A stretch of DNA of 32,829 bases from positions 739 to 33,567 of the forward strand of contig DHNI01000008.1 in assembly GCA_002409455.1 (NCBI GenBank). The letters are read 5' to 3'. The DNA is from Firmicutes bacterium UBA5420. Its GTDB lineage: Bacteria; Bacillota; Limnochordia; Darwinibacteriales; Darwinibacteriaceae. Below the pieces are notes generated by a model that worked only from the letters and a program-made list of their open reading frames with translations, was not told the DNA's origin and made no database searches. Shown here piece by piece: positions 7,938-18,648 of this stretch (its first letter is position 1; every line of letters starts with the position of its first letter). Position numbers and translations under genes: made by a program.

Positions 7938-8954
7938 TTAGCGACCTTTAGAATAACTGACTACGAGCGGGGAGCGATGAGACGAACTGTCCATAGTATC
8001 TAGCATTTGGCCAGTTCCTCGTACGACGCAACTAAGGGGATCTTCTGCTAATGTAACCGGTACTCCTGTTCTTTCTTCAACCAAGCGGGCCATGCCTTCT
8101 AAAAGTGCTCCACCCCCGGTTAAGGACATGCCATTATTCATGATATCTGCCGCAAGCTCAGGTGGGGTCACTTCTAAGACGCCCCGAATGGCATCGACAA
8201 TACTGTGAATAGGTTCTTCTAGTGCAGGATAAATATCAACGGAGCTAATTTCTACCGTAGCAGGTAAACCTGTCACCAAGTCTCTGCCCCGAATAGACAT
8301 CTTCTTTTCAGGATCGGGATAGGCACTAGCAATCGTTGTCTTAATATCTTCGGCTGTTCGGTCACCAATGGCTAGGTTGTACACGCGCTTCACATGGCGC
8401 ACAATGGCCTCTTCCATATGCGATCCCCCGACTCTAAGGGACTCCGAGGTCACCTCACCACCAAGGGATATAACCGCGATATCTGTGGTTCCTCCACCAA
8501 TATCCACAACCATATTTCCGCTGGGAGCGGCGATATCTAACCCACAACCGACAGCCGCGGCAATTGGCTCGGTCACCAAGTAGACCTCTTTCGCTCCAGC
8601 GAGGGTTGCTGCTTCCAAGACAGCTCGTTTTTCAACAGTCGTAATCCCAGAGGGAACACAGACCATAACCCGCGGCCGAAAGCCTCGGCCGCTTACTTTG
8701 CGGATGAAGTGTTTGAGAATCTCCTCGGTGATTTGGAAATCTGCAATAACCCCTTCATTAAGAGGCTTAATGGCCCTAATGTTTCCGGGTGTGCGACCAA
8801 TCATATCCCGGGCTTCTTGACCAATTGCGCAGATTTTTTGCGTATTTACATCAATGGCCACGACCGACGGCTCGTGAATCACAATTCCTTTACCGCGTAC
8901 ATGAACCAAAATATTTGCTGTGCCTAAATCAATTCCTATATCCTTACTGAACAT
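7938..8954 (-). CDS. mreB: Rod shape-determining actin homolog, MreB/Mbl family (Mbl-like genomic position)
   Basis: MFSKDIGIDLGTANILV..., DIGGGTTD and a full-length MreB-like sequence. The ATG at 8954 is preceded by GGAGGGGG. The TTG-initiated extension to 8993 has no RBS. Confidence 0.93.
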   Translation of the reverse strand: MFSKDIGIDLGTANILVHVRGKGIVIHEPSVVAIDVNTQKICAIGQEARDMIGRTPGNIRAIKPLNEGVIADFQITEEILKHFIRKVSGRGFRPRVMVCVPSGITTVEKRAVLEAATLAGAKEVYLVTEPIAAAVGCGLDIAAPSGNMVVDIGGGTTDIAVISLGGEVTSESLRVGGSHMEEAIVRHVKRVYNLAIGDRTAEDIKTTIASAYPDPEKKMSIRGRDLVTGLPATVEISSVDIYPALEEPIHSIVDAIRGVLEVTPPELAADIMNNGMSLTGGGALLEGMARLVEERTGVPVTLAEDPLSCVVRGTGQMLDTMDSSSHRSPLVVSYSKGR

Positions 8955-9059
8955 TCCATTGCCCCCTCCGCAACACTGTTGATTGCGCTGCAATCATATC
9001 TCATAGCAATGGAATATATTTCGCCATAGAGGAGGCAAATCCTTTTTTCAATCCGTATT

Positions 9060-9326
9060 CTAAGAGGCTCGACTAGCACCCTTTACTCCATACTTGCGCT
9101 TCGTCGCCTCGCCACCGCGGATATGCCGTTCAGACTTATTGACCTCGAGTACTTGTTTCACCTGTTCGGCCAGTTCTCTATTGATGCGTGGCAAGCGCTC
9201 TGTCACATCCTTATGGACGGTACTTTTACTCACCCCAAACACGATAGCCGCTTGCCGCACAGTGGCATTTGTTTTCACAATATATAAACTTACATCCACC
9301 ACCCGCTTGCGGATATAGTCTCTCAT
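9060..9326 (-). CDS. spoIIID: Sporulation transcriptional regulator SpoIIID
   Basis: 88 aa. The sequence IRKRVVDVSLYIVKTNATVRQAAIVFGVSKSTVHKDVTERLPRIN..L...V..VL..NK.ERHIRGGEATK.KY is the hallmark SpoIIID sequence. Confidence 0.95.
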   Translation of the reverse strand: MRDYIRKRVVDVSLYIVKTNATVRQAAIVFGVSKSTVHKDVTERLPRINRELAEQVKQVLEVNKSERHIRGGEATKRKYGVKGASRAS

Positions 9327-9354
9327 CTGCGCTTCCCCCTAGCACTTTTTTTAC

Positions 9355-9383
9355 ATTTATATGCTGCGGGGCCTTGAATATGC
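9355..9383 (-). promoter_or_regulatory. Candidate mother-cell (sigma-E-like) promoter for spoIIID: GCATATT-N13-CATATAAAT
   Basis: On the minus strand, the -35 GCATATT (9383-9377) fits kmATAtt. The -10 CATATAAA (9363-9356) compares with CATACAnT. Spacing is 13 nt against a consensus of 14. About 22 nt of leader carries an AGGGGGAAG RBS. Confidence 0.35.
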
Positions 9384-9389
9384 TTAGCA

Positions 9390-10100
9390 TTAGTGGAGAA
9401 ACGCTTGGGGGTTCACTGGCTCCCCGTTGTGAGTCAGCCCAAAGAAGACTCGACCGGTGCTTTCTGGAAGCGCGATATTTTGATTCTGTTTCACCATTTC
9501 ACCTGGGCCCACCTGAATTCCCTTAATGGAACGATAGGTGGAAACCCAACCACTGCCATGGTCAATTACAAGTTCGGTCTCTAGACCATTGGAGTTGACT
9601 GCGATGACTTTACCAGGGAGCACAGTTCGTATGGTATCATCGGTAACATCAAACTCCAGACCGGCGTTAAAACGCCAATCGCCGTAAACCGGGTGGCGAT
9701 ACCATCCAAAAGGTGTGGCTATGCTGCCTTGAGCTGGCCAAATGAGATGTTCAAAGGAAAGCTGTGGATCAGAGGCTGTCTCCGGTTTGATCTCGGTGGG
9801 CTGTGGCAAGACGCTCTGTGGTGGCTCCACCGTAACCAGCTGGATCGGGCCATCTAGAACCCAGGGATAAAAATCAGCAATCACACCTTGGACGCGTTCT
9901 TGCACAACTGCCTCCAGCTCCTCTAAGCTCACCTGGGGAGCGACGATGACTGGTTCTTCCTGGAACCAGTTGCGATACATGCCCACGCCTATACCAGCAA
10001 TTAAAGAAATTCCAACCATAACTAAAATCATTAGCCTTTGGTTGTCCCGCCTGTACCAAGCTTGTCTTAGCTTGTCTCTGATGTTTCTCCATATTTGCAT
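9390..10100 (-). CDS. Membrane-anchored M23/LytM-domain protein with degenerate catalytic motifs (SpoIIQ-like)
   Basis: N-terminal TM segment (LMILVMVGISLIAGIGVGMY). The LytM fold motifs are present but the metal ligands are replaced: NAGLEF for HxGxD, TYRSI for TxYxHL, VFFGLTH for HLHFE. Located between atpC and spoIIID. The ATG at 10100 is preceded by GGCGGTGA. The TTG at 10151 lies inside the atpC terminator. Confidence 0.6.
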   Translation of the reverse strand: MQIWRNIRDKLRQAWYRRDNQRLMILVMVGISLIAGIGVGMYRNWFQEEPVIVAPQVSLEELEAVVQERVQGVIADFYPWVLDGPIQLVTVEPPQSVLPQPTEIKPETASDPQLSFEHLIWPAQGSIATPFGWYRHPVYGDWRFNAGLEFDVTDDTIRTVLPGKVIAVNSNGLETELVIDHGSGWVSTYRSIKGIQVGPGEMVKQNQNIALPESTGRVFFGLTHNGEPVNPQAFLH

Positions 10101-10126
10101 ACTATCACCGCCTTGCCGATAGTATG
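10098..10126 (-). promoter_or_regulatory. Perfect 9-bp inverted repeat (CATACTATC-N11-GATAGTATG) spanning the RBS and start codon of the SpoIIQ-like gene
   Basis: Arms at 10098-10106 and 10118-10126. The 3' arm on the minus strand contains the ATG and the loop contains GGCGGTGA. Confidence 0.4.
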
Positions 10127-10149
10127 CTCCCTCTAATTCCAGAATATAC
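10120..10149 (-). promoter_or_regulatory. Candidate forespore (sigma-G/F-like) promoter: GTATA-N18-CATACTA
   Basis: The minus-strand sequence compares with the sigma-G consensus GHATR-N17/18-CATxHTA. The leader would be very short (about 12 nt), so confidence is low. Confidence 0.3.
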
Positions 10150-10170
10150 AAAACCCCCCAAGATGGGGGG
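10147..10170 (-). terminator. Rho-independent terminator after atpC (CCCCCCA-TCT-TGGGGGG then TTTTGTATATT)
   Basis: GC-rich 7-bp stem and T-tract 5 nt downstream of the atpC stop. Confidence 0.7.
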
Positions 10171-10175
10171 GATAC

Positions 10176-10579
10176 TTAGTCTTCGTCGGCCACTTCTAAG
10201 CGCAGCAGCGCCTTTTGCAAAGCTATTTGCGCTCTAGTGATATCTAAATCAGCTTGACGATCGGCCAATCTCTGCTCGGCCCGACTCTTGGCCTGCTTAG
10301 CCCTGAGGACGTCGATCTCTTCTGCTAGTTCGGCGGTGTGGGCCATCACAGTGAGTTTGTTATCATGCATCTCTGTAAAACCACCGCCTAAGGCAATCTT
10401 GCGGCGTTTACCATGTAGTGGGCCAAACTCCAACGCTCCAATTTCCAAGGCAGCCATAATGGGCAGATGCCCGGCCATAATTCCAAAGCTACCGTCCACA
10501 CCTGGTAGTAGAACATATTCAACGTCCGTTAAGACGACGGTGCGGTCTTGCGTCACCACTTCAAACGTGAAGTCTGCCA

Positions 10580-10580
<1 letters not shown>
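10176..10580 (-). CDS. atpC: F0F1 ATP synthase subunit epsilon
   Basis: 134 aa. Typical epsilon N-terminal beta-sandwich plus C-terminal helices. TAATG overlap with atpD. Confidence 0.93.
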
Positions 10581-12022
<1,442 letters not shown>

Positions 12023-12030
12023 TCACAGTT

Positions 12031-12903
12031 CTACGATTGCAATGCATCTGCACCGCCCACGATTTCTGCAATTTCCTTGGTGATCTGAGCTTGTCTCGCT
12101 CTGTTATAGGTGATGTTCAGCTCCCGAATCAGCTCTACGGCGTTATCGGAGGCATTGCGCATGGCGTTCATTCTCGCCCCTAATTCGCTAGCCTTCGCTT
12201 CAGTCAACGCCTGATAAACTGCGGCATTCACATAGAGCGGAACAAGTGTCTCCAGCACCGCTGTGATAGATGGTTCGTAGATATACAAGGGCTCTGGCCC
12301 CGCATTCTTTACCTCTTTAATCTGTTCAGGCAAGGGCAAGACATTTCGCAGTCTTACCCGGTGGGTTACAGTATTGATAAACTCTGTGTATAAAATGGTC
12401 ACATTGTCAAAAAGTCCATGCTCAAAAAAGTCAAAGATCACCTGGCCTATATCTTGGGCTACTCTGAGGTTTGCTTCATCGCCAATGCCTACAAACTCAG
12501 CCAGCGAGGTTCGATTACGCCTACGAAAATGATCCCGGACTTTTCGCCCCACAATCACCATTTCCGTTTCTGGATGCTCCTTCATAAACGCTTCAGCCCG
12601 TCTGATGATGCTGGAGTTATAACCTCCTGCCAAACCACGATCTCCAGCTAAAACGAGCAGGCAATGGGAATCACCGCCCCGGCCTTGTATCATCTCTGGA
12701 AGTTCCTCACCAGCTTGTTCCACCGCCCTTAAGGCGGTACCAAGCGAGCTTGTTAAACGTTCGTAGTAAGGGCGAGTGCTGACGACTGTCTCTTGAGCGC
12801 CACGCAATTTCGAGGCGGCAATCATCTCCATAGCCTTGGTGATCTGTTGGGTTTTTGAGATGCTAGAAATCCGCCGCTTGATGTCCCGGCTCGATTGTGC
12901 CAT
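12031..12903 (-). CDS. atpG: F0F1 ATP synthase subunit gamma
   Basis: N-terminus RDIKRRISSISKTQQITKAMEMIAASKLR and C-terminus YNRARQAQITKEIAEIVGGA are canonical for gamma. Confidence 0.96.
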   Translation of the reverse strand: MAQSSRDIKRRISSISKTQQITKAMEMIAASKLRGAQETVVSTRPYYERLTSSLGTALRAVEQAGEELPEMIQGRGGDSHCLLVLAGDRGLAGGYNSSIIRRAEAFMKEHPETEMVIVGRKVRDHFRRRNRTSLAEFVGIGDEANLRVAQDIGQVIFDFFEHGLFDNVTILYTEFINTVTHRVRLRNVLPLPEQIKEVKNAGPEPLYIYEPSITAVLETLVPLYVNAAVYQALTEAKASELGARMNAMRNASDNAVELIRELNITYNRARQAQITKEIAEIVGGADALQS

Positions 12904-12914
12904 CTTCAGTCCCC

Positions 12915-14423
12915 CTAACTAACGAAGTCTTTCTTGAATTCGACAATAAGCTTTTTCAAAGCAGTCTCAATGTCTTCCGTTATCTCTTTACCACTCTTCA
13001 GCTCGGAAAGGATCTCGGAATGCTCCTTGCGGAGAAAATCCAAAAACTCCCGTTCAAAACGAACCACATCAGCGGTGGCTATGCTGTCTATATAACCATT
13101 GACCGCCATATAGAGCGAAACCGCCTGTTCTTCGACGGGCATGGGCTTGTATTGATCTTGTTTCAAGACTTCATACATGCGTTCGCCCCGGCCCAAGCGA
13201 GCCCGTGTCTGTCGATCCAAATCTGCCCCAAACTGGGCAAAAGCCGCAAGTTCTCTATATTGGGAAAGATCAAGACGCAATGAACCTGCCACTTGTCGCA
13301 TCATTTTGACCTGGGCTGCACCACCAACACGCGAGACAGAACGCCCTACGCTGATAGCGGGACGAATGCCTGAATAGAACAGATCCGATTCTAAGAAAAT
13401 CTGCCCATCTGTAATGGAAATCACGTTCGTAGGAATATAGGCAGAAATATCACCGGCCTGGGTTTCGATGATGGGCAAAGCTGTAATGGAACCGCCTCCA
13501 AGCTCCTCGTTAAGTTTAGCCGCTCGTTCGAGCAAACGTGAGTGAATATAAAAGACATCACCAGGGAATGCTTCGCGGCCCGGTGGCCGCCTCAAAAGAA
13601 GGGACATCTCTCTATAGGCTGTAGCATGCTTAGATAGATCATCGTAGACAATCAGCACGTCCTTGCCAGCGTACATGAACTCTTCGGCCATCGCTACCCC
13701 CGCATAGGGTGCAATATAAAGCAGTGGAGAAGGTTCACTGGCGGTTGCAGAAACCACAATCGTATAATCTAGAGCCCCATGGTTTGCAAAGGTCTCAACT
13801 ACACCTGCCACAGTAGAGGCCTTTTGCCCAATGGCCACATAGATGCAAATGACATCCTCACCTTTTTGGTTGAGAATAGTGTCTACGGCAATGGCGGTTT
13901 TCCCTGTCTGCCTATCGCCGATGATCAGCTCACGTTGGCCACGGCCAATGGGAACGAGGGAATCAATGGACTTTAGACCTGTTTGAAGGGGTTCATGAAC
14001 ACTAACTCGATCGATAACCCCAGGCGCTTGTGCCTCAATGGGCCTGTGCTTCTCGGACTTAATGGGCCCTTTGCCATCAATGGGCTGCCCTAAGGGATTC
14101 ACAATCCGCCCAATTAAAGCTTCGCCAACAGGCACTTGTACAACGCTACCTGTGCGTTTCACCGGGTCGCCTTCCTTGATATGTTCAAAGGGGCCTAAGA
14201 TAACAACCCCGATATTATCTTGCTCTAGGTTCAAAACCATACCAAAGACGCCTTCAGGAAACTCCAAGAGCTCCCCCGCCAGCGCCTTTTCTAGTCCATA
14301 GACCCGGGCAATTCCGTCACCAACCATCAAAACTGAACCAACGTCTTCTACCTCGAGTGTGGACTCAAATTCTTCAATTTGTCGCCTTAAAACAGCTACG
14401 ATTTCATCTGGCCTCATTGCCAT
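12915..14423 (-). CDS. atpA: F0F1 ATP synthase subunit alpha
   Basis: Walker A motif GDRQTGKT and N-terminus [19 protein letters not shown]. The ATG at 14423 is preceded by GGGGG. The extension to 14510 overlaps wecB. Confidence 0.97.
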   Translation of the reverse strand: MAMRPDEIVAVLRRQIEEFESTLEVEDVGSVLMVGDGIARVYGLEKALAGELLEFPEGVFGMVLNLEQDNIGVVILGPFEHIKEGDPVKRTGSVVQVPVGEALIGRIVNPLGQPIDGKGPIKSEKHRPIEAQAPGVIDRVSVHEPLQTGLKSIDSLVPIGRGQRELIIGDRQTGKTAIAVDTILNQKGEDVICIYVAIGQKASTVAGVVETFANHGALDYTIVVSATASEPSPLLYIAPYAGVAMAEEFMYAGKDVLIVYDDLSKHATAYREMSLLLRRPPGREAFPGDVFYIHSRLLERAAKLNEELGGGSITALPIIETQAGDISAYIPTNVISITDGQIFLESDLFYSGIRPAISVGRSVSRVGGAAQVKMMRQVAGSLRLDLSQYRELAAFAQFGADLDRQTRARLGRGERMYEVLKQDQYKPMPVEEQAVSLYMAVNGYIDSIATADVVRFEREFLDFLRKEHSEILSELKSGKEITEDIETALKKLIVEFKKDFVS

Positions 14424-14436
14424 CGTGATACCCCCA

Positions 14437-15546
14437 TTACTCGTATTTCTCCTGTAATATCTCGCATATTCTTCGTGCTGCCTGCCCATCACCATAGGGG
14501 TTCGGAGCACTTGACATTTCTTTATAAAGCCTAGGATCTGTTAGCAGTCTTAAAACGGCATCCACAATATCCTGTTTGCCCGATCCGACAAGTTTTACGG
14601 TTCCTGCCTGCAAGGCCTCTGGTCGTTCCGTAACTTCACGCATAACTAAAACCGGTTTATGTAAGGCTGGTGCTTCTTCTTGGAGCCCACCAGAGTCTGT
14701 CAAAAGAAGAGTACATCGGGCCAAAAGGTTGGCAAACTCCAGATAGCCGGGGGCATCAAGCAAGAGTATATTCGGGTGATCACCCAAAAGCGACCGCATC
14801 ACCCGTTGAATCGCGGGGTTGCGATGCATAGCCACCACAACTTGTAGATCTGGATCGCCAAAGCTGAGCTCAAGCAGTGCTTGGCATATGTCTTCAAGCG
14901 GTTCGCCCCAGTTCTCCCGGCGATGTGCGGTGACAACTAATAATGGCCTCGCAAAGTCTAAGCTCCGCAAGGCTGGGTTTTCAAACACATAGTCATTTTT
15001 TACCACAGATAAAAGAGCATCAATAACAGTGTTGCCCGTGATAAAAATGCGGTCGAGACCAATACCTTCGCGCCTTAAGTTTAAAGCAGCTTGCTCCGTT
15101 GGGGCAAAATACCAGGTCGCTAAAACATCAATCAGACGCCTGTTTGCCTCTTCAGGAAACGGATTCTGCACAGATTGGGTACGCAATCCTGCTTCGACGT
15201 GACCCACAGGAATCTTCTCATAAAAGCTGGCCAATGCTGCTGCAAAAGCAGTACCGGTATCACCATGGACTAACACTAAATCGGGGCGCCAACTCTGGAA
15301 TAGCTCTCCTATACCCTTGAGCGTCCGCCTCGAGATATCGTTTAAGGTTTGACCATGGCTCATAATATTCAAGTCGTAATCTGCCTTGATATCAAACAGA
15401 TTCAACACTTGATCGACCATTTCACGGTGCTGCCCAGTAATAATGACTTTAGCGTCCCAGGACTCCACACTTTGGCACGCTTTCACCAAAGGAGCCATTT
15501 TGATCGCTTCAGGCCTGGTACCAAAAACCAACGCCAACCTAAACAT
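14437..15546 (-). CDS. wecB: UDP-N-acetylglucosamine 2-epimerase (non-hydrolysing)
   Basis: [31 protein letters not shown]. Confidence 0.93.
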   Translation of the reverse strand: MFRLALVFGTRPEAIKMAPLVKACQSVESWDAKVIITGQHREMVDQVLNLFDIKADYDLNIMSHGQTLNDISRRTLKGIGELFQSWRPDLVLVHGDTGTAFAAALASFYEKIPVGHVEAGLRTQSVQNPFPEEANRRLIDVLATWYFAPTEQAALNLRREGIGLDRIFITGNTVIDALLSVVKNDYVFENPALRSLDFARPLLVVTAHRRENWGEPLEDICQALLELSFGDPDLQVVVAMHRNPAIQRVMRSLLGDHPNILLLDAPGYLEFANLLARCTLLLTDSGGLQEEAPALHKPVLVMREVTERPEALQAGTVKLVGSGKQDIVDAVLRLLTDPRLYKEMSSAPNPYGDGQAARRICEILQEKYE

Positions 15547-16579
15547 CCTTACTATCCCCCTTATGCGATCGATGGAAGGGATTGATCATGCCAACGCGCA
15601 TCGAGCCATACATAAACAAAAGACCTAGGAATAAGGCCACAATCCAAGCTGCTCGAGTCATATGAGCAGTTAGGATAGCCATCGTTGCCGAACATCCTGT
15701 GATTAGATAGGCCACATAGACCACTTGACGCTGGGAAAATCCTAATTCCAAAAGTCTATGGTGAAAATGGGACTTATCTGCCTGATAAATGGGTACGCCC
15801 TTTTGCATACGGCGCACCACTGCACAGAGCAAATCGGTGACAGGAACGACTAAGATCAAAATTGGTACCGACATACCAATGGTGGCCGCTCCCTTGAGTG
15901 CCCCTTCTGTGGAGACAGCTGCGAGTAGAAAACCTAACAGCATCGCGCCCCCATCGCCTAGATACACCCGGGCCGGATTAAAATTATAGGGTAAAAATCC
16001 TAAGGAGACCCCCACCACAATGACGGCAAGCATGGCAGCGTCATAACGGCCCAAAAGGAGGGCTAGGGCTGCTAGGGCGACAGCACTGATCAGCGTAATA
16101 CCGGTCGTCAAGCCATCGATACCATCTATGAAGTTCATAATATTAACAAGGGTCAAAACCCAAAGCATCGTCAAGGGAATGGACAGTTTGCCTAAATAAA
16201 GCATCTCCCCAAAGGGGTTACTCATAAACTCAATACGCGGCCCCCATAAAACATAAACAAGAACTGCAAAAACCTGCCCGGCAAATTTGACGCCTGCAGA
16301 GAGCTCAAAGCGATCGTCAAGAACCCCAAGGATCAAAATCAAGGCCGCCGAGAGAAGGGTAACACCAAAATGGGGAATATCTCCCACCACCGAGGCAGCT
16401 AGTAGACCTCCGAATATTGCTACGCCACCGCCTGTGGGCATGGGGATCTTGTTAATCCTACGAGGATTGGGCACATCGACTAAACCCATTCTTAGAGCAA
16501 AGCGCTTGGCAAAGGGCGTTAGGCCTGCTGTAACTGTCAATGCAATTGCAAATACGACGAAGAACTGGGCAACGTTCAT
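15539..16579 (-). CDS. Undecaprenyl-phosphate GlcNAc-1-phosphate transferase family (MraY-like, TagO/WecA type)
   Basis: Polytopic membrane protein with NFIDGIDGL and YLGDGGAM motifs. The ATG at 16579 is preceded by GGGAGGAG. Confidence 0.85.
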   Translation of the reverse strand: MNVAQFFVVFAIALTVTAGLTPFAKRFALRMGLVDVPNPRRINKIPMPTGGGVAIFGGLLAASVVGDIPHFGVTLLSAALILILGVLDDRFELSAGVKFAGQVFAVLVYVLWGPRIEFMSNPFGEMLYLGKLSIPLTMLWVLTLVNIMNFIDGIDGLTTGITLISAVALAALALLLGRYDAAMLAVIVVGVSLGFLPYNFNPARVYLGDGGAMLLGFLLAAVSTEGALKGAATIGMSVPILILVVPVTDLLCAVVRRMQKGVPIYQADKSHFHHRLLELGFSQRQVVYVAYLITGCSATMAILTAHMTRAAWIVALFLGLLFMYGSMRVGMINPFHRSHKGDSKDV

Positions 16580-16581
16580 GG

Positions 16582-17037
16582 CTACTCCTCCCCACCGGTC
16601 CAAACTACCATTTTGATTCTCGCCTCATTCATCAAATCTAAAGCGAGCCCATCTGGATATTCACCTTGAAAAACCACTTTTTCTACCCCTGCGTTAATTA
16701 ACATTTTAGCACATAAAATGCAGGGTTGGTGCGTGCAATACAGAGTGGCGCCATCGGTTGATACGCCATGGAGGGCTGCTTGAATGATCGCATTTTGCTC
16801 TGCATGGGTTCCCCGGCACATTTCGTGCCTTTGACCTGAAGGAATCCCGAGCTTTTCTCGTAGACAGCCCACTTCCATGCAATGGGATATTCCCCTTGGG
16901 GCCCCATTATAACCAGTGGCAATAATATGCTTGTCGCGAACTAATACAGCTCCCACCTGTCTTCTAAGACAAGTGGAGCGGCTGCTCACTAGTTCGGCAA
17001 TTTCCATAAAGTACCTATCCCATGAGGGCCGGGCCAT
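16582..17037 (-). CDS. Deoxycytidylate (dCMP) deaminase, ComEB type
   Basis: HAEQNAI and [13 protein letters not shown] zinc-binding motifs. Confidence 0.9.
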   Translation of the reverse strand: MARPSWDRYFMEIAELVSSRSTCLRRQVGAVLVRDKHIIATGYNGAPRGISHCMEVGCLREKLGIPSGQRHEMCRGTHAEQNAIIQAALHGVSTDGATLYCTHQPCILCAKMLINAGVEKVVFQGEYPDGLALDLMNEARIKMVVWTGGEE

Positions 17038-17045
17038 TACATCAC

Positions 17046-17675
17046 CTACTTTGTACCAAAGAGGCGATCACCGGCATCGCCCAGGCCTGGGATAATGTAG
17101 CCATGGGAGTTTAGTCTTTCGTCAATGGCTGCAGTAAAAATGTCCACATCGGGATGTTCTCTTTGCATCAATGCAATTCCTTCTGGCGCAGCCAACAAAC
17201 ACATAAGCTTAATGGCGCTTACGCCCCGTTTCTTTAGATAGGTAATAGCCGCAGCCGCCGAACCCCCTGTGGCCAACATAGGATCTAAAACAATGATCTG
17301 CCGTTCTTCCACATCAATGGGCAGCTTGCAGTAATATTCTACGGGCAAAAGGGTTTCTGGATCGCGGTAGAGACCAACATGGCCTACCTTGGCCGTTGGA
17401 ATCAATCTGAGCACGCCATTGACCATGCCAAGCCCGGCTCTCAAGATAGGGACGACCCCGATTTTTTTGCCGGCAATCACCCGACCAGTCATCTTACGCA
17501 TTGGAGTTTCCACTTCACAATCTTCTAAGGGTAGATCTCTTGTCACTTCGTAGGCCATCAACACGGAAACTTCTTCTACTAGATCCCGAAAATCCTTTGG
17601 CCCGGTTTCTTGATCCCGAATCATGGTCAATTTGTGTTGAACCAAGGGGTGGGAAACCACCTGTACCGTGCTCAA
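17046..17675 (-). CDS. upp: Uracil phosphoribosyltransferase
   Basis: [41 protein letters not shown]. Confidence 0.97.
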   Translation of the reverse strand: MSTVQVVSHPLVQHKLTMIRDQETGPKDFRDLVEEVSVLMAYEVTRDLPLEDCEVETPMRKMTGRVIAGKKIGVVPILRAGLGMVNGVLRLIPTAKVGHVGLYRDPETLLPVEYYCKLPIDVEERQIIVLDPMLATGGSAAAAITYLKKRGVSAIKLMCLLAAPEGIALMQREHPDVDIFTAAIDERLNSHGYIIPGLGDAGDRLFGTK

Positions 17676-17702
17676 TTCATCATCTCCTCGTTTACTTTGA
17701 TG

Positions 17703-18632
17703 CTAGAACTTTTCGATTTTATCCACACGCGTACTGTGTCGTCCACCAGAAAAGCTCTCTTCAACATATACATCTACAATGTCAAGCATAAGACCAAGGC
17801 CCGTCACTCTGGCACCAAGGCACAGAACATTGCTGTCGTTATGTGATCTGGCCATACGTGCAGAGTAGCTATCGCCGCAAAGGGCTGCTCTAATGCCTGG
17901 TACTTTGTTGGCCGCCATGGACATACCAATCCCTGTGCCACAAATCAATATCCCCAACCTAAACTTTCCTTCTGCCACCGATTTCGACACTTCGTGGGCA
18001 ATGTCTGGATAATCACAGGATTCCTCCGAATCGGTTCCAAAATCTTCCACATCATAACCCTGTTCTTTGAGATGTTCTATTACGGCCTGCTTGGCCATGA
18101 AACCTCCATGGTCAGCACCGATTGCAATTCTCACGTTGCCGCCTCCTTCGCGTAAATACTCTACAATTGCTTGCACTGCCAAATTAATTTCGTCCCGGGA
18201 TTGGCGATAAACGTCTAAGGATTGTCCAAAGGGATCGCTTATCCCATAATCTTTCTCTATGGACTCCGCCGGATCCTTCCCTCGTTCCATTCTTTCTGCG
18301 AACTCCTTGAGCAGAAATATTCTTCCAGTCAACGCAGGTGCCATGGCCACTAACTGCTCCTTGTGGCTCGCAGTCATGGATAAAATGAGATCATACTGTT
18401 CTAGGAGATGAAGATGCACTCTTCTAGAGCGGTGCTCCGTCGCCTCAATTCCTACTTCCCTTAACGCCTCCACGGCATGTTCATTAGCTGTATCGCCTGG
18501 AAAGGCCCCGAGCCCTGCCGACGCCACGTCCACATGGAGCTGAGCCCTTGCAGCATGGTGGCGCAAGAGATGTTCTGCCATAAAACTCCGGCAGGTATTG
18601 CCCGTACAGATCAACAAAACAGATTTGGTCAT
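17703..18632 (-). CDS. Fusion protein: LMW phosphatase (YwlE-like protein-arginine phosphatase) plus ribose-5-phosphate isomerase B
   Basis: N-terminal half has CTGNTCRSFMAE (a CX5R P-loop with Thr at C+4, as in YwlE). C-terminal half has RIAIGADHGG...ILICGTGIGMSMAANK..GIRAALC (RpiB/LacAB). Single uninterrupted 309-aa ORF. Confidence 0.85.
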   Translation of the reverse strand: MTKSVLLICTGNTCRSFMAEHLLRHHAARAQLHVDVASAGLGAFPGDTANEHAVEALREVGIEATEHRSRRVHLHLLEQYDLILSMTASHKEQLVAMAPALTGRIFLLKEFAERMERGKDPAESIEKDYGISDPFGQSLDVYRQSRDEINLAVQAIVEYLREGGGNVRIAIGADHGGFMAKQAVIEHLKEQGYDVEDFGTDSEESCDYPDIAHEVSKSVAEGKFRLGILICGTGIGMSMAANKVPGIRAALCGDSYSARMARSHNDSNVLCLGARVTGLGLMLDIVDVYVEESFSGGRHSTRVDKIEKF

Positions 18633-18648
18633 AGCTCCTCCCTCTACC

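Noticed and set aside
10115-10122. GCCGATAG on the plus strand, a possible second sigma-28 -10 box.
   Set aside because: There is no TAAA -35 at the right spacing and no plus-strand gene downstream. The bases are explained by the palindrome at the SpoIIQ-like start.
14424-14510. N-terminal extensions offered by the ORF track: atpA to 14510, mreB to 8993, dinB from 25297, tagO-like to 16603, permease to 28260, RCK_C protein to 23498, prmC to 20525, sua5 to 19671, codY to 30755, SpoIIQ-like to 10151.
   Set aside because: In each case an internal start with a GGAGG-type RBS reproduces the conserved family N-terminus. The extension overlaps the preceding gene or a terminator.
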